DNA of 64,000 bases from a virus. Taxonomy: Duplodnaviria; Heunggongvirae; Uroviricota; Caudoviricetes. Shown here in pieces: positions 56,195 to 64,000 of the stretch. Both the position numbers and the translations under genes were made by a program. Position 1 is the first letter of the stretch. Each line of letters opens with the position of its first letter. The notes beneath the pieces are model-generated. The model did no database searches and was not told where the DNA came from. It saw nothing but the letters and a program-made list of their open reading frames with translations. The DNA lies in the IMG/VR virus record IMGVR_UViG_3300042869_000717, positions 14,208-78,207 of that record; one strand, given 5' to 3'.

Positions 56195-56266
56195 TGCAGG
56201 TTAGAGCAGAGGTAGCTCGGGAGGCTCATAACCTCTAGGTCGTTGGTTCGAATCCAGCACCTGCTA
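56195..56266 (+). tRNA. tRNA-Met/fMet (anticodon CAT), copy 2, with unpaired 1-72 position
   Basis: acceptor TGCAGGT/ACCTGCT, D-arm GAGCAGAGGTAGCTC, anticodon stem GGAGG/CCTCT loop CTCATAA, T-arm GTTGG-TTCGAAT-CCAGC. Confidence 0.55.
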
Positions 56267-56345
56267 CGAATGTGTCTCAATTCCCTGAAGAAATTCAAAC
56301 TTGAGGTCCCGGTAGACAGTACTAGTCTGAATCTACCCAAAAAAT

Positions 56346-56419
56346 GACGGTATCGCCTAGTAGGTATGGCACCACACTTCCAATGTGGAATAAGGTCGGT
56401 TCGAGACCGACTATCGTCT
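56346..56419 (+). tRNA. tRNA-Gly (anticodon TCC)
   Basis: acceptor GACGGTA/TATCGTC perfect, anticodon stem CCACA/TGTGG loop CTTCCAA, T-arm GTCGG-TTCGAGA-CCGAC. Confidence 0.7.
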
Positions 56420-56432
56420 CAAAAAAAAAAAC

Positions 56433-56505
56433 GTCCTTATGATGTAATGGATTGGCATACAAATCTTCTAAATTTGTCGTTTGGGTTCGAATCCCGATAA
56501 GGATA
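56433..56505 (+). tRNA. tRNA-Arg (anticodon TCT)
   Basis: acceptor GTCCTTA/TAAGGAT, anticodon stem CAAAT/ATTTG loop CTTCTAA, T-loop TTCGAAT. Confidence 0.65.
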
Positions 56506-56512
56506 CAATAAT

Positions 56513-56586
56513 ACCCTCGTGGGCAAACGGGAAAGCCGCTTCACTTAGGATGAAGAGTTTTGTGAGTTCGACTCTCACCGGGGGTA
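56513..56586 (+). tRNA. tRNA with anticodon TAG (Leu) but type-I architecture (no long variable arm)
   Basis: acceptor ACCCTCG/CGGGGGT, anticodon stem CTTCA/TGAAG loop CTTAGGA, T-arm GTGAG-TTCGACT-CTCAC, discriminator A. Confidence 0.5.
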
Positions 56587-56798
56587 CAAATACATTATCA
56601 TAACTCGGTGTGATACACCGCCAAACTACCTCCTTAAACAACGTGGGAACTGCGGTTCTCCCAATGTGGCCGAAGTGATGATGTTAAAAGAAACAGAGAA
56701 AAATCTGGACAGCGAAAGCAGGATAGACCTTGGACAGTTTCTTTTAGTAGTTTAAGAGACAGAGTTGACTTCTACTTAAAAAAAATACTCTGCAACAG

Positions 56799-56872
56799 GG
56801 TTCCTACGCATAAAAGGTGGTGCACGGGTTTTGTAACCCCGAATAGAGTCAGTTCGATTCTGACAGGAACCT
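56799..56872 (+). tRNA. tRNA-Thr (anticodon TGT)
   Basis: acceptor GGTTCCT/AGGAACC, D-arm GCAT..GTGC, anticodon loop TTTGTAA, T-arm GTCAG-TTCGATT-CTGAC. Confidence 0.55.
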
Positions 56873-56876
56873 CAAT

Positions 56877-56966
56877 TGTTAGATGATATAGTGGTAGTAT
56901 TTGGTCGTCGATTCACGAAAGTGGGGTATCTTCGGCAGAGCACGGGTTCGATTCCTGTTCTAACAA
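56877..56966 (+). tRNA. 90-nt type-II tRNA-like gene, anticodon arm unresolved
   Basis: perfect acceptor TGTTAGA/TCTAACA, T-arm ACGGG-TTCGATT-CCTGT, D-loop with GG. Confidence 0.35.
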
Positions 56967-57180
56967 CAAATGAGATAGAGATACTCAATGATTTGGCATC
57001 GTTCGAAATAATGATGTAGCTGACGCCTCATACGGTTTTACAGAGGGGGTCTGTCGGAATAAAGGGAACTGACAACAATCCCTCCGAGTAGTTGTTGACT
57101 TTTAAGCGGTAAGACGCGATGGGTTTTGAATAGAAAAACTGTGGACATCTACACCAAAATAATCTCATTGGTGGAAGGAT

Positions 57181-57256
57181 TGGTAAGAAGTTTTGTTGGC
57201 GAAACACTCGGTGGGTAACTGCCGAGAGTCCGTGGGTTCGAAACCCACCTTATCAA
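57181..57256 (+). tRNA. tRNA-like with enlarged (8-10 nt) anticodon loop
   Basis: acceptor TGGTAAG/CTTATCA, D-arm GTTT-TGTTGGCG-AAAC, stem CTCGG(T)/(G)CCGAG enclosing GGGTAACT, T-arm GTGGG-TTCGAAA-CCCAC. Confidence 0.35.
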
Positions 57257-57261
57257 CAACT

Positions 57262-57346
57262 ACCCGGGTGGTGGAATGGTATACACGCTAGACTTAAAAT
57301 CTAGTCCTCCGTAAGGGGGTTGAGGGTTCAAGTCCCTCTCCGGGTA
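57262..57346 (+). tRNA. tRNA-Leu (anticodon TAA), type II
   Basis: acceptor ACCCGGG/TCCGGGT, anticodon stem CTAGA/TCTAG loop CTTAAAA, long variable arm TCCTCCGTAAGGGGGT, T-arm GAGGG-TTCAAGT-CCCTC. Confidence 0.75.
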
Positions 57347-57423
57347 CAAAAAGGTAATCGTAAAAAATAATTAAAAAACTTAAACTTTGTGTAGGTTCGA
57401 GATATTTATAATAAAGGAACATT

Positions 57424-58221
57424 ATGAAATATAAACACACAAAAGAGAGTTTAGAACAAGTTATTAAAGAATCGTTGTCAATATCTGAAGTTTGTAAAAA
57501 ATTAGGGATTATTGCTGCTGGTGGAAATTATAAAACACTCAGAAATAAAATTACAGAATTTAATATTGATACATCCCATTTTACCGGACAAGGTTGGAAT
57601 CAGGGTGATAGATATAGAAAAGTTATCCCACCAATGAGTTTGGATAAAATATTAATTAAAGGTTCTGTTTATGGGAGTCATAATTTAAGAAAACGATTAA
57701 TTGAAGACGGGTTAAAAACTAAAACCTGTGAATGTTGTGGATTATCACAATGGATGGAACAACCAATTAAATTAGAATTACATCATATAAATGGTGATTC
57801 AAATGATAATAGATTAAATAATTTACAAATATTATGCCCTAATTGTCACGCTATGACTAATAATTATCGAGGTAAAAATGTAAAAACAAAAAAATCAGAA
57901 CCATCCATAGAGTGGTTAAATAATTTAACAAATGCCGAGTTAGTTAAATTACCACCAAAGGAAAAAGAAATTAAACAATGTTTAACTTGTAACGGAGAAT
58001 ATACTGGAAAAAGTAAAAAATATTGTTCTATTGAGTGTTATTATGAAGGAAAAAGAATAAATAACATAATCCCAAAAGTTCCTGAATTATTGGAAATTTT
58101 TGAGAAACACAAGACATTTACATCCGTTGGTCGTCATTATAATGTTAGTGATAATGCGGTTAGAAAATGGTGTAAAAATTATGGGATTATGGAAATGATA
58201 AAAATTGTCCAAAATAAGTAA
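57424..58221 (+). CDS. HNH homing endonuclease (paralog of 52856..53503)
   Basis: CECCGLSQWMEQPIKLELHHINGDSNDNRLNNLQILCPNCHAMT. Confidence 0.8.
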   Translation: MKYKHTKESLEQVIKESLSISEVCKKLGIIAAGGNYKTLRNKITEFNIDTSHFTGQGWNQGDRYRKVIPPMSLDKILIKGSVYGSHNLRKRLIEDGLKTKTCECCGLSQWMEQPIKLELHHINGDSNDNRLNNLQILCPNCHAMTNNYRGKNVKTKKSEPSIEWLNNLTNAELVKLPPKEKEIKQCLTCNGEYTGKSKKYCSIECYYEGKRINNIIPKVPELLEIFEKHKTFTSVGRHYNVSDNAVRKWCKNYGIMEMIKIVQNK

Positions 58222-58407
58222 TATTAAACATTAAAGTGACATTGCAGAAGTAAACCAGTGAGGCACACATAAAATTGGACCCGTTGAAAATGTGAGGTGA
58301 TAGACCACCATATGTTTAATATTTCTTTTAATTAGAAAATGTGTAAATTATCAATATGAAAAACCAAAATCCGAACTCCACATAGTTTTAGCTATTAGCT
58401 AAAATTT

Positions 58408-58638
58408 ATGACTCAGAAATTGAGAATTTGGAGAGTAGTTCCCGTTAGAAACGGTGTTCAGGCTCCCACGTTTTTTGTTGAAACAACAGAAGACGGACGT
58501 GAGAAGGCAGAAGAATCTGCGATTAAACAAGCAAGAGTAAAATCGGGCTTAGGAAAGTTCAAAGAATGGAACTTTAGATTGGAGAAACTCTCTGTGAGGG
58601 TGGATAAGTTTGGTCGGTATATAAAACACCACCAATAG
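58408..58638 (+). CDS. hypothetical protein
   Basis: ORF track 76 aa. Confidence 0.4.
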   Translation: MTQKLRIWRVVPVRNGVQAPTFFVETTEDGREKAEESAIKQARVKSGLGKFKEWNFRLEKLSVRVDKFGRYIKHHQ

Positions 58639-58729
58639 GTTAACAATTAAACCGCTGAGGGTTTTAAATTACTCAGTGTACTTTTTAGGTTAAAGTCGTG
58701 TAGGGTGTTTACACCAAAACCTAATTTAA

Positions 58730-58802
58730 GGTCTCGTAACTCAGAGGTTAGAGTGCTACACTCATAATGTAGAAGTCGGGATATCGTAATTCTCCGGGGC
58801 CA
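58730..58802 (+). tRNA. tRNA (anticodon CAT), copy 3 (Met/Ile-lysidine candidate) with non-canonical T-loop ATCGTAA
   Basis: acceptor GGTCTCG/CGGGGCC, D-arm ACTCAGAGGTTAGAGT, anticodon stem CTACA/TGTAG loop CTCATAA. Confidence 0.5.
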
Positions 58803-58976
58803 CAATAGATATTTGAGTGTAAGTATAGTATAATATCAGTCGTTGGACTCTTACAGGTCGCGAACGATGGTCTGATTGTCGTTAATCAGTTTAGGTACCC
58901 GGCAACCCTACATATAACCTCCGAGGAAACTTGGGGGTTTTTTATTATACGTTATATTTATATTAAAACAATTAAA

Positions 58977-59282
58977 ATGGATAAGAAAATATTAACTGAA
59001 GAATTAGGTGATATAAAATACCTTTTTGGGTATAAATCAGGAAAGGTTATTTCAGAACAATCTCATTATGAAACCACCAAAAAACGACCTGAAAGATTAG
59101 TAAAAGACATTGAAACCGGTAAAATTGTTGGTACCTACCAACACGGACTTGGATTTCACCCAAATTCTTATGGTGAAGAATTAGGTTACGAATCTCACCC
59201 AAAAGACATCCCATATGGAACAAAAATGGGTGGCACTGAAGTTGGTGAATTTGATTACGATGACAACGATTTTATGGAATAA
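58977..59282 (+). CDS. hypothetical protein (ILTEEL N-terminus)
   Basis: ORF track 101 aa; TATTTATATTAAAA motif upstream. Confidence 0.5.
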   Translation: MDKKILTEELGDIKYLFGYKSGKVISEQSHYETTKKRPERLVKDIETGKIVGTYQHGLGFHPNSYGEELGYESHPKDIPYGTKMGGTEVGEFDYDDNDFME

Positions 59283-59337
59283 AAAAAAATAAGGATTATA
59301 AAAACCCTCAGATTATTTTTAATTTGGGGGTTTTTTA

Positions 59338-59368
59338 TTTGGTGTAATGAAAAAAAGTATTATCTTTG
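59338..59368 (+). promoter_or_regulatory. promoter TTTGGTGTAATGAAAAAAAGTAT-TATCTTTG
   Basis: -33 TTTG / -7 TATCTTTG (59361-59368), 16 nt before ATG 59385. Confidence 0.5.
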
Positions 59369-59384
59369 TCAAAAATATAAAAAT

Positions 59385-59930
59385 ATGAAATTAAATTCGA
59401 ATTCAATCAGTTCAAAACTGTACAGATGGTTCTACGGAACAAATGTTTTACCAAACAACTTATGTCCTTATTTTTGGAAATTGGTGTTAGCTTGGTTAGT
59501 GTTAATCCCTTATTCTTTGGTTGGTCTTCCATCGATTGTTATGGAACTTTATGATAAAGATTACGAATATAATGATAATAGTACCGGAAAGCGTATTGGG
59601 ATTGGAGTGTTGTTTTATTTTTTATTGTTCTTCATCTTTTGCATGTTGTCATTTATTGGTTGGTTTTTTATATTACCAACTAAAGATAGTTTTTATGATT
59701 TTATGGGAACAATAGGTGCTATATTATGGATGGCATCAATTATGATTGGGGTTATTGAAGGTGTTACAGCTCTTAAAGACCGGAACCGAAAACGTAAGAT
59801 AAAATACGATGAGAATGGTCGGAGAATATGGAGTGAACCAAAAGAAGAAAAAACTTATTTGGTGGTGGAATTCGCAAAGGCAAAATATAACAAATACTGT
59901 CCTAAAATTGATTGGATGGATAATAAATAA
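59385..59930 (+). CDS. membrane protein (4 TM)
   Basis: ORF track 181 aa, hydrophobic helices. Confidence 0.55.
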   Translation: MKLNSNSISSKLYRWFYGTNVLPNNLCPYFWKLVLAWLVLIPYSLVGLPSIVMELYDKDYEYNDNSTGKRIGIGVLFYFLLFFIFCMLSFIGWFFILPTKDSFYDFMGTIGAILWMASIMIGVIEGVTALKDRNRKRKIKYDENGRRIWSEPKEEKTYLVVEFAKAKYNKYCPKIDWMDNK

Positions 59931-59935
59931 AAGAT

Positions 59936-60544
59936 ATGATAGATAATATTGACGTAGTAAAATCCTTATTAAATTTTTCCGAACCGGGAGACTTCTATAT
60001 GTTGTATGTATTCAAAAGGAAAAAAGACCAACCTGAAGGGGAGAGAGATAATCACCAATCAGTGAGAACTATTAAAACTTACTGCGTCGATAGTCTTGAA
60101 TACCTTGATAAAAGGTATGATGAGATTAAACAACTTTGTGAGATGTTTAAAGCCCGAGCGTATATCCATGTTCAAAAACAAAATCACCGAGATGTATCAT
60201 TGGAGATGTTGTCAACCTTGGCCCAAAGGATTAAGAATGGTGCTCAGGTCCAAAAAGGGTTATTTGATTCAGTTGTTGGACAAATTAAAACTCAGGAAAA
60301 GAGATGGATTATCGATATCGACACTAAGGATAAAAAATTCTTGAGGGACATTACCATGGACCTTATGGAGATTCAGCCAGTTGGGAGTAAAGTTGAAAAA
60401 GTGATTCCCACTAAAAATGGGTTCCATTTAATCACTCAAAAATTCAATGTGATGGAGTTTAGTAAACTTTATCCGGATGTTGACATTCAAAAAAAGAATC
60501 CGACATTATTGTATTACCCTAATATATTGGATGATGGAAAATGA
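59936..60544 (+). CDS. hypothetical protein
   Basis: ORF track 202 aa. Confidence 0.5.
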   Translation: MIDNIDVVKSLLNFSEPGDFYMLYVFKRKKDQPEGERDNHQSVRTIKTYCVDSLEYLDKRYDEIKQLCEMFKARAYIHVQKQNHRDVSLEMLSTLAQRIKNGAQVQKGLFDSVVGQIKTQEKRWIIDIDTKDKKFLRDITMDLMEIQPVGSKVEKVIPTKNGFHLITQKFNVMEFSKLYPDVDIQKKNPTLLYYPNILDDGK

Positions 60545-60881
60545 AGAATTAAATCCAAATTTCTTTAAACAAAGGAAGACCAAAATTAAGAAAATAGTTA
60601 AGGAATATAAAACCGCAACTCGTCGTGAAATATTCGAAGGAGTAAGAGATAATTTTATATTTGGATTCCTTGGTGCTACGCTTGTAGTGTTTATTTCGAC
60701 AAGGGCAGATATTGCAGTATTCTTAGGGTATTTAACTTATTACTTCTTCATGGGTAAAATAGTTAATCGTCCCAAATATGTTACTGATTTGGGACAGTTA
60801 ATTGTTTTCCCAATTCCATCCGCTCTTGGGGCGTTCACCGGATATAAATTATCGTATATATTATTACAATTGATAAACTAA
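60531..60881 (+). CDS. membrane protein (track ORF 60477.. trimmed to MMENEEL)
   Basis: two TM helices. Confidence 0.45.
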   Translation: MMENEELNPNFFKQRKTKIKKIVKEYKTATRREIFEGVRDNFIFGFLGATLVVFISTRADIAVFLGYLTYYFFMGKIVNRPKYVTDLGQLIVFPIPSALGAFTGYKLSYILLQLIN

Positions 60882-60913
60882 TGATATTTATTGCTAAACA
60901 AAAATAGTAAATT

Positions 60914-61378
60914 ATGAACGATAAAATAACAATGACCAAAGAAATGCTCTTTAAGGCAATGAGATTAAGTGAACAAGAAAGTAAAAAAGAAGAAAATACG
61001 AACACTAAAAGTAATTCAGGGTTTAAAAATATGGTATCAACATTACTACATTCACAAACTCAAGTTCACATTTTTCATTTACAAACCAAATCGTATTCTG
61101 AACATAAGGCATTACAAGGATACTATGAAGGGATTGATACATTGGTAGATGGTATTATTGAAAGTTACCAAGGTAAGTACGATGTTATTAAAAATTACGA
61201 TTCAATTAAAACCGAGGACTACAAGAGTTCTGAACAAGTGATTAATTATTTCAAATCATTAGATACAATGATTGATAATGCAAGAAAAGGTGTTAAAGAA
61301 TCGTTCATCCAAAACCAAATTGATACAGTTCAGGAACTGATATTTTCCACAGTATATAAGTTAAGATTTTTAAAATAA
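60914..61378 (+). CDS. hypothetical protein
   Basis: ORF track 154 aa. Confidence 0.5.
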   Translation: MNDKITMTKEMLFKAMRLSEQESKKEENTNTKSNSGFKNMVSTLLHSQTQVHIFHLQTKSYSEHKALQGYYEGIDTLVDGIIESYQGKYDVIKNYDSIKTEDYKSSEQVINYFKSLDTMIDNARKGVKESFIQNQIDTVQELIFSTVYKLRFLK

Positions 61379-61394
61379 AAATAGATTATTAAAT

Positions 61395-61432
61395 ATAAAA
61401 AAAAAACCATCATTAAAGATGGTTTTTTTTTA
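61395..61432. terminator. bidirectional terminator (AACCATC-ATTAAA-GATGGTT flanked by A10/T9)
   Basis: between convergent genes. Confidence 0.8.
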
Positions 61433-62068
61433 TAATAATTTTTTAATCCTATCTATTTCTTCTTTAAGACCAACCATTGAACGAACATCGATTGATGTTC
61501 CTACCGGCATTATCGTTTTAGCTACATTACCCGCCCAATTTGATAAATAACCATCTTCTTCTGATGGGGTTTCAGTCCCGGTTTTTGAGTCTATTGATGA
61601 GGAACTTGACTCTTTAGAATATTTAGATTCTATCCATTTAATTAATTCCGTAATTTTAATTTGGTTACCACTAATATCAACAGCCATCCCAACTGTCGGA
61701 GTTCCCGGAAAATTTTTGTAATGTAAACTCCCCCCTGTGTGAACATTGTCAACTTTATTATTAGGGTCTTTTTTTGCGTATGGGTTTTCAGTAGTTTTTA
61801 ATCCCATCGAATGTGCTTTATCTATGATTGCTATTGCGGCATTACGGTCGGTAAAACCTATGTGTAAATGATTTTCATGACCGGACCAAGTCATCCCTTC
61901 TTTTCGTTGTCCATTGTCATATCCGTATCCTATCTCCCCGCCTTTTTTTGTTACAGGATTGTAAACTAATTCGTCAACACCATTAATGTCGGTTGCCTCA
62001 GTTACTTTATTTTTTTTCATATCAGAAATGATATTATATGTTCGAGTTATTTTATTAAATTCATTCAT
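61430..62068 (-). CDS. hypothetical protein with HENHLH motif (possible metal-binding hydrolase)
   Basis: ORF track 212 aa. Confidence 0.5.
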   Translation of the reverse strand: MNEFNKITRTYNIISDMKKNKVTEATDINGVDELVYNPVTKKGGEIGYGYDNGQRKEGMTWSGHENHLHIGFTDRNAAIAIIDKAHSMGLKTTENPYAKKDPNNKVDNVHTGGSLHYKNFPGTPTVGMAVDISGNQIKITELIKWIESKYSKESSSSSIDSKTGTETPSEEDGYLSNWAGNVAKTIMPVGTSIDVRSMVGLKEEIDRIKKLL

Positions 62069-62089
62069 AATAATAAATACCTCATTATT

Positions 62090-62123
62090 AGATAAAAAAA
62101 AAATCCGACTAATTGTCGGATTT
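62090..62123 (-). terminator. hairpin terminator (AATCCGAC-TAATT-GTCGGATT) with T-run on minus strand
   Basis: overlaps stop of 62109..62471. Confidence 0.7.
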
Positions 62124-62471
62124 CTTACTATATGTTAATCTTTTGATTTCAGGTGTTGGTTGTTCCTCTTCTTTAATAACTCTTGGTTCTTGTAAAGGTG
62201 GTGTATGATAAGTCTTTTTAAAAACTCTTTTAGTTTTTTCCTTAACCGGAATAGATTTAATCAAACCAAAAGTAATCCATCTATACCAAACTCTTTCATG
62301 AATATAATATTGTATTGGCTTATAAATTAATTCCGCAATTCCAAAGGCTGCGCCAATTTTAATAGAACCGGATATTACCCACATTATTAAAAAACCAATT
62401 ACAGTACTGATTATTCGATAACTTATTGTTTTTGCTAAATGTCGTTTAGCAGATACTTTAACTTGACTCAT
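62109..62471 (-). CDS. small membrane protein
   Basis: ORF track 120 aa, 2 TM. Confidence 0.5.
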   Translation of the reverse strand: MSQVKVSAKRHLAKTISYRIISTVIGFLIMWVISGSIKIGAAFGIAELIYKPIQYYIHERVWYRWITFGLIKSIPVKEKTKRVFKKTYHTPPLQEPRVIKEEEQPTPEIKRLTYSKKSDN

Positions 62472-62476
62472 ATAAA

Positions 62477-62998
62477 TTAATATTTCTTATTTTTAATCCT
62501 ATTTTTCAACTCATGTAACGCCGATATTGCGAGTTCAGTATTATCTTCCATAATTGATTCTGTATTTTCATCCGGAATAACTCTTATTGTATCGACCTCA
62601 ATAGTATCATTAGTTCGTTTCATTGCCAATACACGAGGGTTTTTAACCATTGTACGAGGATTCATATTTCTTATTATCTTTTCTAACTCATCAATTTGAG
62701 TAATAATCTCCTTTTCTCTTTCTATCCTTTTATAAGAACATTCCGATTGTCCATCAATCACTTCTTGAGTCAAATCATTAACTCTGAAGGTCAAACTGTC
62801 TAATTGGGTATTCAGAGATGTAATCATAGTTCTTTGTCTCTTAATTACCAAATTCTGTTGTGTGAAGTCCGGTTTTAACGCGTCAATTATATCTGAACCG
62901 AATGTTATTAAAAATACGGATATACATAAAATAATCAAAGCCCAAATACGTTGGGCTGTTGAAAATGTTTTAAGGATTTCTGTGAAGTATTGAATCAT
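62477..62998 (-). CDS. membrane-anchored coiled-coil protein
   Basis: N-terminal TM then heptad-rich region. Confidence 0.5.
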   Translation of the reverse strand: MIQYFTEILKTFSTAQRIWALIILCISVFLITFGSDIIDALKPDFTQQNLVIKRQRTMITSLNTQLDSLTFRVNDLTQEVIDGQSECSYKRIEREKEIITQIDELEKIIRNMNPRTMVKNPRVLAMKRTNDTIEVDTIRVIPDENTESIMEDNTELAISALHELKNRIKNKKY

Positions 62999-63009
62999 AC
63001 TGATAAATA

Positions 63010-63597
63010 TCAGTCATTCAGGTATTGTAATAATTTTTCTTTAATGCCTGATTGTTTAATTCCTTCATTCATTCTTGGCGTGTGAACGAAGTTGGATAAA
63101 CCCCACTTTTGTTCTCTATCGTGAGTATCTTTTTCACCTAACTCTAAATCATCGATACAAGCCCAATGTGTAACTTCAGGATGGTCGGTTAGATATTGTC
63201 TAACTTCTATACATCTTTGTTGTTCGTACATTGTTCTTCTAACCCATTCAAACTCATCAGGTTTATCACAACCGATGTATCGTTTGGTAAATGCAATTGG
63301 AGCTTTTAAGATTCCTTGAGAGAGATAGTATTCTCCGATTTCTTCTAATGTTGCGTGTAATCTCCAATCAGAGGAAACAACGATTTCCGCTCCGGTCTCT
63401 TCTAATACTTGATTTAATACTTTGATGGCCTTTTTATCAAAATCATCAAACCTCACATCGACGGGCGCCGTAGTATCACTGGTCGCCTCGGGATTAAGTT
63501 TTTTATACTTATCCCATTTTTTGGTTCTCCCACCCCAATTATTGGAGAGACAGATTACCCCATCATTATCCAAAAACAATATTTTTTTAGTTTCCAT
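63010..63597 (-). CDS. HAD-superfamily phosphatase (5'(3')-deoxyribonucleotidase-like)
   Basis: ILFLDNDGVI (motif I DxDG), SSDWR (motif II), CIDDLELG (motif IV). Confidence 0.6.
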   Translation of the reverse strand: METKKILFLDNDGVICLSNNWGGRTKKWDKYKKLNPEATSDTTAPVDVRFDDFDKKAIKVLNQVLEETGAEIVVSSDWRLHATLEEIGEYYLSQGILKAPIAFTKRYIGCDKPDEFEWVRRTMYEQQRCIEVRQYLTDHPEVTHWACIDDLELGEKDTHDREQKWGLSNFVHTPRMNEGIKQSGIKEKLLQYLND

Positions 63598-63982
63598 CTA
63601 TTTCTCCAATTTCTTTTTTCCAAATGTAAGTTCTATACTTAGGTATTATTCTTATTTCATACGGGATTCTTAAAACCGCTAATTTAACGTCTGAAAAATG
63701 ATTAACATACTTATCTATATCTTCAGCAAATAGAGGTAAGTTTTTTTCTCTGGCTCGTATTACCCATTCTAATTTATGTTCTTCAATACAGAGATATTTT
63801 CGTCTTTCAACTAACTCCCATAACAATTCAGGAGTTAAAAGACCTAATTTCTCTAAAGTTATAATTGATTCACTAGTTGAGGTATCCAACGATTTAATGT
63901 TTATACTTTTCCCTTTTGCTCGTTTGTAATTCAATTTTTTTAATGAATCAAAACTTCTAACTTTTATAATCCCTTTCATCAT
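63587..63982 (-). CDS. hypothetical protein
   Basis: ORF track 131 aa. Confidence 0.45.
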   Translation of the reverse strand: MMKGIIKVRSFDSLKKLNYKRAKGKSINIKSLDTSTSESIITLEKLGLLTPELLWELVERRKYLCIEEHKLEWVIRAREKNLPLFAEDIDKYVNHFSDVKLAVLRIPYEIRIIPKYRTYIWKKEIGEIDGN

Positions 63983-64000
63983 TTTTGAACTTTCGTTATT

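Noticed and set aside
61430-62068. Calling 61430..62068 an M23 or M15 peptidase from the HENHLH / GMAVD motifs
   Set aside because: Order and spacing of putative metal ligands do not match either family (HLH precedes the Asp; no HxxxD upstream); left as hypothetical

Overview
AT-rich (~30% GC), densely packed window with short genes, many rho-independent terminators and two large tRNA clusters (about 30 tRNA or tRNA-like genes at 43.8-47.2 kb and 52.5-58.8 kb) interleaved with free-standing homing endonucleases (GIY-YIG, HNH, NUMOD3). This looks like a large virulent phage genome. Recurrent promoter-like -33 TTTG / -7 TAnnTTTG boxes, about 19 bp apart, are the Bacteroidetes sigma-A architecture, so the host is probably a Bacteroidetes (Flavobacteriia-like) bacterium; this is inference.

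Recognisable genes:
- cyclophilin-type PPIase (9728..10162)
- thymidylate-synthase-family enzyme (26803..27636)
- T4 Rnl1-like RNA ligase (30425..31504)
- P-loop polynucleotide-kinase-like protein (7372..7800) next to a small receiver-like domain protein (6995..7354)
- two calcineurin-like metallophosphoesterases (17009..17710, 33744..34406) and a HAD phosphatase (63010..63597)
- ClpP-family protease (40577..41320)
- GH19 endolysin with a PG-binding domain (19688..20500)
- SPFH/band-7 lipoprotein operon (31566..32944)
- TMD-only ABC-exporter-like protein (48310..49152)
- several HNH/GIY-YIG endonucleases

Most other ORFs are small hypotheticals.

Most interesting signals:
- A cas-less CRISPR-like mini-array of 36-bp repeats with 29-31-bp spacers (11468-11700), sitting between two paralogs.
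- A roughly 10-member protein family sharing a conserved N-terminal peptide M-K-Y-I-I-T-E-S-Q (an I-x-E site like T4 capsid-targeting/propeptide sequences).
- An RNA-repair gene set (kinase, ligase, phosphoesterases) alongside the tRNA clusters.
- Two 145-nt tRNA-like genes with internal insertions, each preceded by a conserved 20-nt motif.
- Non-canonical tRNAs.
- A second promoter-like motif TATTTATA (T4-late-like) and other repeated upstream motifs.
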